Source of the DNA: an uncultured Pseudomonadota bacterium
GTDB lineage: Bacteria; Babelota; Babeliae; Babelales; JACPOV01
Length of the DNA: 64,000 nucleotides
Reading direction: 5' to 3'
Assembly: GCA_964620245.1 (NCBI GenBank)
Contig: CAZUJC010000002.1
Coordinates: forward strand, 68-64,067
A program made the translations under genes and the position numbers. Positions 8,568-18,102 of this stretch are shown here, one piece after another (position 1 is the first letter of the stretch; every line of letters begins with the position of its first letter). A model generated the notes under the pieces. The model had not been told where the DNA came from, ran no database searches, and was given only the letters and a program-made list of their open reading frames with translations.

Positions 8568-10130
8568 ATGAAATTTAGAGAAATTTTTATTGCATTCACA
8601 TTGGCAGTAATTACTGCAGCAGCTTTACAATATTTTTTGGGTCGGTACACGAGTTCAGACACTGGCGAAATAGCACGCTCCGGGCAACGATTTAGTGCGC
8701 CTAAATCTACCGATATGCAAATGTACAAACCGTTAAATTTGGAAATTGATTTTGTTGATATTAAAAGTACCAAGCAGCCGGTTGTAACAACACTCAAAAC
8801 AGATCACGCCCTTTATGAGTTTTCAACCGACGGTGCCGCATTGCGCCGTTTAGAATTTACACGAAACTATGGTGGCAAAGAACAATCGTTCAGCACCGTT
8901 TTCCCTCCAGCAGCAACCGATCGTGAAAAAAGTTGTTTTCTCGTTGCACTTGATCAGCAAACACCGTATGTCTTTGATCTGATAGATCAACAAGAAACTG
9001 AACAAATGTACACATTAAGCTACAAAGCTTCCATAAACGGTGGTGCTCTGTTCAAGAATTTTAGTGTGTTTAAACATGAACATCGCATCGATTTAGAACT
9101 TGCTCTTCAAGTCGCGCCTGGTGCAGCAGCACAACAAGCACGTATTTTCATACCAGCACCACTGGTACCTGAGCTTGCTGGAGAAGATGCCGTAACAGGA
9201 CTTGCTAACGATGATCGAAATAAAATTTTGATTTTGCCTCGTGATGCCCAAACAGCTTCATCATATTGGTCACGGCCGACACTTTTTGGTGCACAAGATC
9301 GCTACTTTGCGCATGCGATGGTAAGTGATCAACAGCAATTTACGCAACGTGGTTACTTTAAAGCGGTAGATATTGAAGGATGGTTTGCAATTCTTGAAGG
9401 ACCACAAGTTACCACCGATAGTTCATGGAAATTGACTTTCTATATGGGACCAAAAGAAGATCATGCAATAAATCAAGTTGATAGTCGTTTGGAGCAAACA
9501 CTCAATTATGGTTTCTTTTCGTTCATCTCAAAACCGCTTTCAAAATTAATGTTGCGTGCGCTTGATTTGATTTATGGCGTTGTGCACAATTATGGTTGGG
9601 CAATTATTATTTTGACTATTTTACTTAAATTGCTCTTGTTACCATTTACCTGGCGTGGTGAGCAAAGCATGAAATTGCGATTAGAGTACCAAAAGAAACT
9701 TGCCTATATTGAATCAAAATACAAACATGATAAAGAAACATTAGCACATGAGCGTGCAGAGTTGGTGCGTAAATATGGTATGCCAGGAATGGCGAGCTGT
9801 TTGCCGTTGCTGTTACAATTACCAATATTCTGGGCATTGAGCATTATTCTTGCTAATTCGATTGAGTTGTATAAAGCGCCGTTCTTGTGGATCCCTGATT
9901 TGTCGGCACGTGATCCATACTATATTTTGCCAATTTTAGTGGCAATCGGTATGATTTTACATTCACCTGCAGTATCTGATGCAAAGCAACGAATTTCATC
10001 GATTGGAATGGCATTATTAATTGCAGCACTTATCTCTAGTTTTTCAAGTGGATTGGCGCTCTTTACGGTGGTGAGTACATTCTTGGGTGTTGCGCAAGCA
10101 CAACTGATGAAAGTTATGAAGCATGATTGA
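8568..10130 (+). CDS. yidC: Membrane protein insertase YidC (long form with periplasmic P1 domain)
   Basis: 520 aa: N-terminal TM, large soluble domain, then the Oxa1/YidC core ..GWAIIILTILLKLLLLPFTWRGEQSMKLRLEYQKKLAYIESKYK.D.E....E...L.RKYGM.P..SCLPLLLQLPIFWAL. Confidence 0.9.
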   Translation: MKFREIFIAFTLAVITAAALQYFLGRYTSSDTGEIARSGQRFSAPKSTDMQMYKPLNLEIDFVDIKSTKQPVVTTLKTDHALYEFSTDGAALRRLEFTRNYGGKEQSFSTVFPPAATDREKSCFLVALDQQTPYVFDLIDQQETEQMYTLSYKASINGGALFKNFSVFKHEHRIDLELALQVAPGAAAQQARIFIPAPLVPELAGEDAVTGLANDDRNKILILPRDAQTASSYWSRPTLFGAQDRYFAHAMVSDQQQFTQRGYFKAVDIEGWFAILEGPQVTTDSSWKLTFYMGPKEDHAINQVDSRLEQTLNYGFFSFISKPLSKLMLRALDLIYGVVHNYGWAIIILTILLKLLLLPFTWRGEQSMKLRLEYQKKLAYIESKYKHDKETLAHERAELVRKYGMPGMASCLPLLLQLPIFWALSIILANSIELYKAPFLWIPDLSARDPYYILPILVAIGMILHSPAVSDAKQRISSIGMALLIAALISSFSSGLALFTVVSTFLGVAQAQLMKVMKHD

Positions 10131-10722
10131 TCAAGTGCCCGCACTTGCGCAGTTAGTTAAACAATTGCAGCAGATTCCGTATTTGGCATCGAAAAATGTA
10201 TACCGCGTTGCGCACTATTTTTTAATGCTTGATCAAGCACGTGTACAACAACTGTGTAAAATTATCATCGATGCAAAAATGCAGGTAGTTGCGTGTCAAA
10301 CGTGTTTTGTTTGGAAAGAAAAGGATCGAACCTGTCCGTTTTGTGATTCAAAGCGACGAGATGTATCGGTTATTTGCGTAGTAGAAACGTGGCAAGAGTT
10401 AATGGCAATTGAAAAAACTGGAGGCTATCAAGGATTGTACCACATTCTTGGCGGCGCAATTTGCCCGCTTAATGGTATAGGTCCTGAAAATTTGACAATT
10501 GATCCATTAATAAAAAGAGTGAACGAATCGGTGCGAGAAATAATTTTAGCGACCAATCAAACACCCGAAGGTGAAGCAACAGCTTCATATATTGCTTCGA
10601 AGTTGAAAGATTGCTTGCTTAAAATTTCATGTTTGGCTCGTGGTGTTCCAGTCGGTTCTACGCTGGAGTATATGGATCGCGTAACTGTTTTTAAAGCGTT
10701 GTCTGAGCGACGTCCGTTTTAA
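10123..10722 (+). CDS. recR: Recombination protein RecR
   Basis: 199 aa with a C4 zinc finger CQTCFVWKEKDRTCPFC followed by a Toprim region (VICVVETWQELMAIEKTGGYQGLYHILGG..SPL.G). The start overlaps the end of yidC by 8 nt. Confidence 0.9.
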   Translation: MIDQVPALAQLVKQLQQIPYLASKNVYRVAHYFLMLDQARVQQLCKIIIDAKMQVVACQTCFVWKEKDRTCPFCDSKRRDVSVICVVETWQELMAIEKTGGYQGLYHILGGAICPLNGIGPENLTIDPLIKRVNESVREIILATNQTPEGEATASYIASKLKDCLLKISCLARGVPVGSTLEYMDRVTVFKALSERRPF

Positions 10723-10724
10723 AT

Positions 10725-10922
10725 TTACTCTGGGTAATCGGCACATTCTCGTACTGAACCGTCTTGTCCAGAAAGTAAACACCCATTACATTGAATACAA
10801 CATTCACGATTTACAAATCGTCCATCTTTACAACATTCTTCGCAATTGACTGCTTGCAAAGAAGGAACATTAACTATAAAAATTGTCGACAAAAACAGTA
10901 CTACTGCTGTTAATTTCTTCAT
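10725..10922 (-). CDS. Secreted cysteine-rich micro-protein (hypothetical)
   Basis: 65 aa with signal peptide MKKLTAVVLFLSTIFIVNVPSLQA. The remaining ~41 aa contain 9 Cys (VNCEECCKDGRFVNRECCIQCNGCLLSGQDGSVRECADYPE). No family recognised. Confidence 0.55.
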   Translation of the reverse strand: MKKLTAVVLFLSTIFIVNVPSLQAVNCEECCKDGRFVNRECCIQCNGCLLSGQDGSVRECADYPE

Positions 10923-10982
10923 GTACAGCTCCTTTTGGTTACTATCTAGTGTATAAAATTGAGCTTTGAAAAAGCAATAAAT

Positions 10983-12176
10983 TTAGGGTTCTATTTTGGG
11001 CTTTTTTGCGATCTGGTCGATATTTGGATAGGGGAACTCTTCATTATTTCCGGCCAAAATAAGAGATGGTTGGTAGTCTCGTACGTTGAGTCGCTCATGT
11101 TCAATCAGCGCTTGTTCAATGCTCGGTTGATGTTTTTCATTCGGTTCATGAAGAAGAATAGGGTAAATTGTTTCTAAAAAATCGTTAAATTTCCCGCCAA
11201 CTTGTTCCTCGGGAGTAGATTGAATGAGTTCAAGTTTGCGTTTGCGGCTGCTGATTGAAGGAATATATTCTTTGATTTTTGGTTCATATGAAAAGGATCC
11301 AACATTGGTTCGCATAGTTGTAGCTAAAGTGCATGGTGTGAATTGGTTGAGCTCAATTGCTCTTGTGAGTCGGTGCATAGGTGTACAACAAGAATCAATG
11401 GCGATGATTGCTTTTGGATGGTGTGAAAAAAAGTAGGTAAAGATTTCACGGATCTTGTTTTCAGGAATACCAGCAATTCGAGGATAGTCGCTATCAATGT
11501 CATTTGCGTGACCGGTCAAATATACAAGCAACGGTTTTTCTTGAGGACTGATAATAAAGTTGTTTAATTTATCAATCCAATTATTGGAATTTGCTTCGGG
11601 AAGTTTGTAATAAAGCGGTGCAAGCATATGCTTAAATGTTTTAGTGTTTATGATAGTGCGAGCAGTGCCATTTTTTTTTACATAAACAAGTCCGAGCATT
11701 GTGTCGTAGCATGTCCATTCATCTTGTTTAAACGAGAGAACAGTAGTAAGTTTTTTTCTCATGTGAGAGCTATTTTCATTTTCGATTGATACATTTATTT
11801 GATTTGTTTTTTCATTAATCGAAAAAGCTCCAGTTTCATCTATTTTAATTTGTGATGCAGGTTGGGTGATTGAGTAATTATGGTAAAAAAATCGTTTAGC
11901 CTTTAAATTTCTTTTGCTAAATCTTTTCCAGAGACTGTAAGGAACAAAGAGATGATTACTTTTTTTACTCAGTAATGTGGTCAGAAAATCATGGTAAATA
12001 GCAGATTTCTTTTCGAGTGTTTCAATATCATAAATTTCAGTAGCAGTTTGTGTTGTGCTGATAAAAAAACCGATCGCATGATTATATTTGTTTTCCATTC
12101 CATGAAGATGTGCAGAAAATAAGGTCAGTAAGTTGAGCAGGGAGAGTGATGCAAAACTGAAGTAGGTTTTTTTCAT
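10983..12176 (-). CDS. Secreted hypothetical protein with a possible clan-CD (legumain/GPI8-like) His/Cys dyad
   Basis: I place the start at ATG 12176, which gives signal peptide MKKTYFSFASLSLLNLLTLFSAHLHG. The C-terminal half has LLVYLTGHAND followed 38 aa later by AIIAIDSCCTPM (hydrophobic strand-His ... hydrophobic strand-Cys). The functional assignment is tentative. Confidence 0.6.
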   Translation of the reverse strand: MKKTYFSFASLSLLNLLTLFSAHLHGMENKYNHAIGFFISTTQTATEIYDIETLEKKSAIYHDFLTTLLSKKSNHLFVPYSLWKRFSKRNLKAKRFFYHNYSITQPASQIKIDETGAFSINEKTNQINVSIENENSSHMRKKLTTVLSFKQDEWTCYDTMLGLVYVKKNGTARTIINTKTFKHMLAPLYYKLPEANSNNWIDKLNNFIISPQEKPLLVYLTGHANDIDSDYPRIAGIPENKIREIFTYFFSHHPKAIIAIDSCCTPMHRLTRAIELNQFTPCTLATTMRTNVGSFSYEPKIKEYIPSISSRKRKLELIQSTPEEQVGGKFNDFLETIYPILLHEPNEKHQPSIEQALIEHERLNVRDYQPSLILAGNNEEFPYPNIDQIAKKPKIEP

Positions 12177-12232
12177 GTAATTCAGTACACTAAAATTAAG
12201 GTGGTTAATTAACACTATTCACAAGGAATTCT

Positions 12233-13564
12233 ATGCCGATTATTGAAAAACATGATACGGTTTTTTTTAAAAATCGTCGAGAACAGCTTATACAATTAGT
12301 TAAAGAGCAGTATGCCGGCGCACAAAAAGGCATAATTTTATTGTTTGGGGCGTTTGAGACACATTCTGTATTCAAACAAGAACGTTCATTCTATTATCTG
12401 ACCGGCATAGAAGAACCTGCATCAGCATTAATGATTGATTTAGAAAAAAATTGTACGACCCTATTTGTTCCTAACTATGCGCAAGAACGTGCGAAATGGG
12501 CATCGTCGGCTGTTTTTGCGGATCAAAAAGAAAAATTTGGATTTGACGAAATTGAGTATCTCGGTCAAGAGTGTAAAGGATACCAATGCCATCCATTCTT
12601 TACCAAAGATCAATATCACAATTTATTGGTAATTCTGAATGATTATGTGCAAAATAAACGACCAATTTACACCCTCAATCCTCAAACCGCTTCTGGGTAT
12701 GTTGAACAACGTTTTATTTTGCAGCGAATTGCACAGCTAATTTCAGGACTCAATGAACAGTTAATTGATATTTCACCGTTGGTCGCGCGCATGCGCCGTG
12801 CAAAATCGCGCCAAGAAATTGAATACATTTACAAAGCAATTGATGTAACCATAGATGCGCATGATGCAGTCGCACGCGCAATCGGACCCGACAAAAAAGA
12901 GTATGAAATTCAAGCGCTTCTTGAGTATATGTTTACGGTGCGCGGCTGTTCGATTGCTTTTCCAAGCATTGTGGCTTCAGGAAAAAATGGGACTGTTTTA
13001 CATTACAATAAAAACAATGCAACAATGAAGCCTGGAGAGCTAGTTGTTGTTGATATTGGTGCGGAATATAATTATTATTGCGCCGATTTGACGCGAACTT
13101 TTCCTGTATCGGGTACTTTTTCCAAGCGGCAACGGGAATTATATTTGATTGTTCTGGAAACGCAAGAATACATTGCTCAGCTTGCGCAACCTGGTATGTG
13201 GATTGCCAACAAAGATAATCCTGAAAAATCGTTGATTCATTGTGCCCAGAAGTTTTTACAAAAACATGGGTATGACAACTATTTTGTTCATGGCATTGGT
13301 CATTTTCTTGGCCTTGATGTGCATGATGTTGGTGATTATACACAACCGTTGCAACCAAATGATGTGATTACCATAGAACCAGGAATTTATATTCCGGAAG
13401 AAAATATTGGTATTCGTATAGAAGATAATTATTGGATAGTTGAGGGTGAAGCTATTTGTTTGAGCGAAGATTTGCCCAAATCACCCGATGATGTTGAATT
13501 AGCAATGGCACATGCAACTGGCAATGAATCGACGAGTGAAGAATCGGAAGAGCAAGAAAATTAA
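12233..13564 (+). CDS. Xaa-Pro aminopeptidase / prolidase (peptidase M24B)
   Basis: 443 aa. Metal-ligand blocks VVDIGAEYNYYCADLTRTF, HGIGHFLGLDVHD, EPGIYIPE and IRIEDN are typical of M24B. There is an acidic C-terminal tail (ESTSEESEEQEN). Confidence 0.85.
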   Translation: MPIIEKHDTVFFKNRREQLIQLVKEQYAGAQKGIILLFGAFETHSVFKQERSFYYLTGIEEPASALMIDLEKNCTTLFVPNYAQERAKWASSAVFADQKEKFGFDEIEYLGQECKGYQCHPFFTKDQYHNLLVILNDYVQNKRPIYTLNPQTASGYVEQRFILQRIAQLISGLNEQLIDISPLVARMRRAKSRQEIEYIYKAIDVTIDAHDAVARAIGPDKKEYEIQALLEYMFTVRGCSIAFPSIVASGKNGTVLHYNKNNATMKPGELVVVDIGAEYNYYCADLTRTFPVSGTFSKRQRELYLIVLETQEYIAQLAQPGMWIANKDNPEKSLIHCAQKFLQKHGYDNYFVHGIGHFLGLDVHDVGDYTQPLQPNDVITIEPGIYIPEENIGIRIEDNYWIVEGEAICLSEDLPKSPDDVELAMAHATGNESTSEESEEQEN

Positions 13565-13601
13565 AAAAAAAGCGATGCTTTTTTAAGGCACCGCTTTTTT
13601 T
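13563..13601. terminator. Bidirectional rho-independent terminator between convergent genes
   Basis: A-run, then stem AGCGATGC (13571-13578) / GCACCGCT (13588-13595) with 7 of 8 pairs, then a T-run. It reads as a hairpin plus U-tract on both strands. Confidence 0.6.
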
Positions 13602-13619
13602 AGGTTGTGAAATAAATTT

Positions 13620-13964
13620 TTAGCTATTTGCGGCTTTAAATTTTTCATAGAACGCAATGACATCTTTTGAGCCGAGTGCCAATGCAGCAAAGCCGACTAC
13701 GAAACCCGCAGCAACTAGTTTACTCGATACTTTTTTGCTTTTGAAAAGTTTATAAATTCCCATAATTGAACCAGCTGCACCGATTGCTGCTATCGCTGCA
13801 ACGCGCGGATCATTGTCATTTGGTGTGAACCATTTATGAGCAAGATAATTTTGAGCACTCGTAATCTTTTGTGTAACTTGTTGTTTGAAATCTGCTTGAC
13901 CATTTCTACTTTGAACTAATACAGTACCGAGTAAAAATGCCACTAATAAACGACGATATTTCAT
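13620..13964 (-). CDS. Small secreted/membrane hypothetical protein
   Basis: 114 aa. Signal-like N-terminus MKYRRLLVAFLLGTVLVQS and two Gly/Ala-rich hydrophobic segments (AAIAAIGAAGSIMGIY; LVAAGFVVGFAALALG). No family recognised. Confidence 0.5.
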   Translation of the reverse strand: MKYRRLLVAFLLGTVLVQSRNGQADFKQQVTQKITSAQNYLAHKWFTPNDNDPRVAAIAAIGAAGSIMGIYKLFKSKKVSSKLVAAGFVVGFAALALGSKDVIAFYEKFKAANS

Positions 13965-14038
13965 ATATATTCCTCCACATGTTCATTTGTATTCATTCTA
14001 CCAGAACTGATAAAATCGACAATGAGGGGGTATTTATA

Positions 14039-15634
14039 TCAAATTTGGCGATTTTTGGTCAGATAATTCATGATCATGAGGAGAATAACGGCAATTGTTA
14101 TACCTGTTCCTAACGACGCCGCACAAGCGATTGCTACTCCATATGGAATTAAAAACCCAGCAACTAAATAGGCAACGAAGGTGGCAAACAATGCAGGAAG
14201 TGCATAAGGTAATTGCGAATATACATGGGCCTGCAAATCTGCTTGTGTGCTTGCAGCTGCCATAATGGTGGTGGTTCCAATTGGTGAAACATGATCACCA
14301 GCAACAGCACCGGCAAAAACGGCACCAACAACCGGAAGTACCAAAAGAATCTGATCGATGGAAGTTGGTGTTGTCATATTGGTAAACGAAGTAACCAGTG
14401 GAACTGCAAGTGGTACTAATACTGCAATAGTGCCCCATGAAGAACCGGTTCCTATAGCTGTTATAAGTGAAGTTACATAAAACATTGCAGGCAAAAATGC
14501 GCTGCTTACTGAGCCAGCAAGTAATTGTGCAAGATAATCGCCTGTCTGTAGATCGTTTTTTAACAATGTTCCGAATGTCCAAGCAAGAAAGAGAAGAATA
14601 ATTGAATCTTTCATGAGCTGCCAACCGCCATGCGCAAGTACTGATAATCCGGCAAAAATTATCGTTTTTCGTAGCAAGGCGAGTGCAACACTCAAAATGA
14701 ATGAAGTAACACTGCCAATTAACAGTGCCAAAAAAATATCGGTTTGTTGCATTGTTTGACTGAGTGAATTTGAACCACCAAAGAGTTTTGAATCACCAAG
14801 GTAGAGAATAGTGATGAGTACAAAGCTAATCAATGAGGCCAAAGGAAAAATGAAATCTAAAAGAGTCCCTTTTGAATCAGCTTGGTTTGTCATCGCTGAT
14901 GCTGGGACAGGTGCTCCACCAAAAAGATTTCCCGTTTCTTGAGCAATTTGTTCATGTGTGTGCATGAGTCCCCATGAGCTTTTTGAGCGCACAATGTAAA
15001 TTACTGAAGCACTGATGATGAACGAATATAAAATAAATGGAATTGTCTGCAAATAAAAAGCAAATGGATCTTCTAAAATGAGAGGCTTATCAGAGCTGTT
15101 GATTGAAACTCCAGCCTTTTCGAGCTGCATTAGAATCATTGCTATCCAAGTTGAAACAGGTATCAGAATAATAAGTGGTGCGGCTAGTGAATCGATCAAG
15201 AATGCTAATTTAATTCGAGGAATTCTAAATGAATCGGTGACCGGTTTCATAATAGAACCAACAGTCAAAATGCTAAAAAAATCGTCGATCGCAAAACAAA
15301 ATGAAAGCAATACAGAAGCTGTTTCTGTTGTACTACCTGAGGTAAGTCTTTTTTTTATTAATTTACCGTATGCAATGGTGCCACCGGTGTGTCCCATGAG
15401 TGTAATCAGTGCTCCAAGGATGAGTAAAAAACCAAAGGTATACAGATTTGCAAGTTCAAACTGTGCTTGAATGTTTTGTGCAATAATAAGTGCTGTTTGG
15501 TAGAGCGAGAAATCGGCGACAATTGCTGATCCGGTGATTATTCCGATACTAAGTGCCAATAAAACGCGATGAGTAATAAACGCTAAAGCGATGACAAGAA
15601 CAGGAGGAAGCAAAACAAGCCACGATAACTGCAT
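14039..15634 (-). CDS. NhaC-family Na+/H+ antiporter-like transporter
   Basis: 531 aa and polytopic. The N-terminus SWLVLLPPVLVIALAFITHRVLLALSIGIITGS and the overall layout resemble the NhaC/MleN family. Substrate unknown. Confidence 0.6.
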   Translation of the reverse strand: MQLSWLVLLPPVLVIALAFITHRVLLALSIGIITGSAIVADFSLYQTALIIAQNIQAQFELANLYTFGFLLILGALITLMGHTGGTIAYGKLIKKRLTSGSTTETASVLLSFCFAIDDFFSILTVGSIMKPVTDSFRIPRIKLAFLIDSLAAPLIILIPVSTWIAMILMQLEKAGVSINSSDKPLILEDPFAFYLQTIPFILYSFIISASVIYIVRSKSSWGLMHTHEQIAQETGNLFGGAPVPASAMTNQADSKGTLLDFIFPLASLISFVLITILYLGDSKLFGGSNSLSQTMQQTDIFLALLIGSVTSFILSVALALLRKTIIFAGLSVLAHGGWQLMKDSIILLFLAWTFGTLLKNDLQTGDYLAQLLAGSVSSAFLPAMFYVTSLITAIGTGSSWGTIAVLVPLAVPLVTSFTNMTTPTSIDQILLVLPVVGAVFAGAVAGDHVSPIGTTTIMAAASTQADLQAHVYSQLPYALPALFATFVAYLVAGFLIPYGVAIACAASLGTGITIAVILLMIMNYLTKNRQI

Positions 15635-15722
15635 AACAAAACCTTTAATGATTAAATGATTAGTGTATGCTTACTATAAATCAAAAAAGGTATTTCTGGC
15701 TACGAGAATGTGCAAGACACAT

Positions 15723-15751
15723 TTGACCAGCGGCTTTTTTTGCTTTACTCT
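15723..15751 (+). promoter_or_regulatory. Candidate sigma70-type promoter for rplM
   Basis: TTGACC (15723-15728), 17-nt spacer, TACTCT (15746-15751), about 45 nt upstream of the rplM ATG. The -10 is weak. Confidence 0.25.
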
Positions 15752-15795
15752 AAAAAGCACACAGATTTTTCTGCTATGTCAATAAGGACGTTCGT

Positions 15796-16215
15796 ATGGA
15801 TATGAATAAAGCATTTTTCTTAAAAAAAGAAGACCGTCAGCCTAAGTGGGTTGTTCTTGATGCAAAAGGTATGATTGTGGGACGATTGGCAACCAAGATT
15901 GCTGATATTCTCCATGGTAAGCATGTTCCAGCATTTACGCCGCATGATGATGCCGGTGATTATGTTATTGTAATCAATGCAAAAGATGTTGTATTTTCTG
16001 GTAACAAGTGGTCTCAAAAAACATACGACCGTTACTCAGGATATATTGGGGGCCTTAAAACGAGCTCTGCTACAGATATAGGTCCAAAGGGAGTGATTGA
16101 GAAAGCGGTAGAGCGCATGTTGCCAAAGTCAAAAATGGGCCGTGCAGCTATCAAAAAATTACGTATCTACGAAGGTAACGATCATCCCCACCAAGGACAA
16201 GTCGCAGCTAAGTAA
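15796..16215 (+). CDS. rplM: 50S ribosomal protein L13
   Basis: 139 aa. ..PKWVVLDAKGMIVGRLATKIADILHGKHVPAFTPHDDAGDYVIVINA.. is canonical L13. An AAGGAC SD sits upstream. Confidence 0.95.
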   Translation: MDMNKAFFLKKEDRQPKWVVLDAKGMIVGRLATKIADILHGKHVPAFTPHDDAGDYVIVINAKDVVFSGNKWSQKTYDRYSGYIGGLKTSSATDIGPKGVIEKAVERMLPKSKMGRAAIKKLRIYEGNDHPHQGQVAAK

Positions 16216-16237
16216 GAATTAATTATAGAGAGTAAAA

Positions 16238-16269
16238 GAAAAGGCCGTTTAAAAAAACGGCCTTTTTTA
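16238..16269. terminator. Bidirectional rho-independent terminator (rplM / rseP convergent junction)
   Basis: GGCCGTTT (16243-16250) / AAACGGCC (16255-16262) form a perfect 8-bp stem flanked by an A-run and a T-run. Confidence 0.75.
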
Positions 16270-16297
16270 TTTGTCTAACACAAAAAATTTATCTCAA

Positions 16298-17413
16298 TTA
16301 ACCTATCGAGAAAAGATGGAAAACATCTTTAACGCTCAATACAAGAACGAGTAACAAAATAGCAATCCAGCAAATATAATGGATTATCATCCGTGTTTTA
16401 TCAGGTAACGAGCGTCCCAAAATAGCTTCGATTGTGTAGAGAAGCGCTTGGCCACCATCCATGATTGGAATTGGGATAATATTCAGAAGTGCTAAATTTA
16501 CGCTGATAAAAGCAAGTAGCAAAATAAATACTTTGACTCCACGCTCAGCACCCTTGATTGTTTGTGAAATAACCATGAGTGGCCCACCAAGTTGCTGTAC
16601 ATTTCTTTGTGTAAAAATGCTTTTCAACGCATGCCAAACTTGACCAATAATGATATGCGTTGCCTTAATGCCCATAGTAATTGATTGAAAAAATGAGTAA
16701 CGCGGAATAACAAAATCTACACCTAAGAATCCATACGTTGATTGTTGAAATTCGCGTTGACCAATATGAAGCGGGATTTCTTGTTCTACACCATCACGCT
16801 TTATGGTGATTTTTGCAGGCGTGTTCGGGTTGTTTTTTACTTGATCAATAATTTGTTCAGCTTTTTCAATAGGCGTGCCATTAAAGGCGATTACTTGATC
16901 TTCCGATTGTAGTTGAGCGGCTGCTGCAGGAGATTCGGCTTCAACAGAAGCAATTACCGTGGATGCATTTCCCGGGTACAAAAGAGCTGATTTGGGCATT
17001 CCTACAAAATAAAGAGCCGAAAGGGCAATGTAGGCAAACATAAGGTTGAAGAGTATGCCGCCGGACATTACTAACATTTTTTGGTAATAAGGCTTCTTTG
17101 CAAATGAATATTGATCGGAGCGGTGAGCTTGTTTTTGTTCTCCTTGGCCAACTTCCGCTGCACCCGCGATTTCAACATAGCCGCCAAGCGGAATAGCAGA
17201 AAGAGCAAATTCGGTATCGCCTATTTTTTTGGTGAACAATCGAGGGCCCATCCCAATAGAAAAAGAGGGGGTAGCTATCCTAAAGAGCTTACAAAACATA
17301 AAGTGACCGAGTTCGTGAAACCCGATTAAAAACCCTATGCCGATAATGCCAACTGCAATAAAAAAAAGATGGTGTGCTAATGCTGCAATTGATGAAATAA
17401 GTGCCATAGCCAT
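16298..17413 (-). CDS. rseP: RIP metalloprotease RseP (site-2 protease, peptidase M50) with PDZ domain
   Basis: 371 aa. HExxH motif in TM1 (GFHELGHFMFCKLF), a central PDZ-like region (..LQSEDQVIAFNGTPIE..) and a C-terminal ..NLALLNIIPIPIMDGG.. motif. Confidence 0.9.
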   Translation of the reverse strand: MAMALISSIAALAHHLFFIAVGIIGIGFLIGFHELGHFMFCKLFRIATPSFSIGMGPRLFTKKIGDTEFALSAIPLGGYVEIAGAAEVGQGEQKQAHRSDQYSFAKKPYYQKMLVMSGGILFNLMFAYIALSALYFVGMPKSALLYPGNASTVIASVEAESPAAAAQLQSEDQVIAFNGTPIEKAEQIIDQVKNNPNTPAKITIKRDGVEQEIPLHIGQREFQQSTYGFLGVDFVIPRYSFFQSITMGIKATHIIIGQVWHALKSIFTQRNVQQLGGPLMVISQTIKGAERGVKVFILLLAFISVNLALLNIIPIPIMDGGQALLYTIEAILGRSLPDKTRMIIHYICWIAILLLVLVLSVKDVFHLFSIG

Positions 17414-17709
17414 GTTTCAGCTCCTTAAAGAGAATTTTGCGCAATAGTGATTGTCAACAGTAAAGTCTTTAGTAATTTCTCGGTACCATAAACGGTAGCA
17501 TGATTAGCGGCGTCCGTCTACGATGAAAATCATATCTGTTGCGCATCAATTCCACTTGAAAAAAGTCAGAGAAAGGATAAACTAGTAATAATTCTTAAAT
17601 GTTTCAAAACAAAATAAGCAGAGAATTAACACGCCCGACGCTTCATTTTTGGGTCTACGATTAGTAATAAAGTACAAGTTATTGATTAATTTTTTTTTGG
17701 GAAGATTGT

Positions 17710-18084
17710 ATGCCAACAATAAATCAGCTTGCTCGCTTTGGACGACACAAAGTGACCGATAAATCTAAAAGTCCGGCGCTTAAGGGCGCTCCTCAGGCTC
17801 GTGGAGTGTGTACTCGTGTATTTACCACAACGCCTAAAAAACCTAACTCAGCACTTCGAAAAGTAGCTCGTGTTAAGCTTTCAACAGGAATCGAAGTTAC
17901 CGCTTATATTCCCGGAGAAGGTCACAATTTGCAGGAGCACTCTGTAGTATTGGTCCGCGGTGGCAGGGTAAAAGATCTTCCAGGTGTTAAATATCACATT
18001 GTTCGTGGAGCTCTTGATGCTGCAGGTGTTGAAAACAGAAAGCAAGGACGCTCATTATACGGTGCTAAGCGACCAACTAAGTAA
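17710..18084 (+). CDS. rpsL: 30S ribosomal protein S12
   Basis: [51 protein letters not shown]: canonical S12. Confidence 0.97.
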   Translation: MPTINQLARFGRHKVTDKSKSPALKGAPQARGVCTRVFTTTPKKPNSALRKVARVKLSTGIEVTAYIPGEGHNLQEHSVVLVRGGRVKDLPGVKYHIVRGALDAAGVENRKQGRSLYGAKRPTK

Positions 18085-18102
18085 GCAAGAAGGATTTAAT
18101 TC

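Noticed and set aside
8435-8797. 120-aa minus-strand ORF spanning the merR/yidC intergenic region and the 5' end of yidC
   Set aside because: It overlaps the well-supported yidC start on the opposite strand. It has no recognisable motifs and looks like an antisense shadow ORF of an AT-rich region.
17414-17709. 296-bp region upstream of rpsL, searched for a promoter, leader RNA or small ORF
   Set aside because: Only weak hexamer matches were found (e.g. TTCATT..TAATAA), and I saw no convincing dyad or conserved RNA motif. I prefer not to call anything here without comparative or transcript data.
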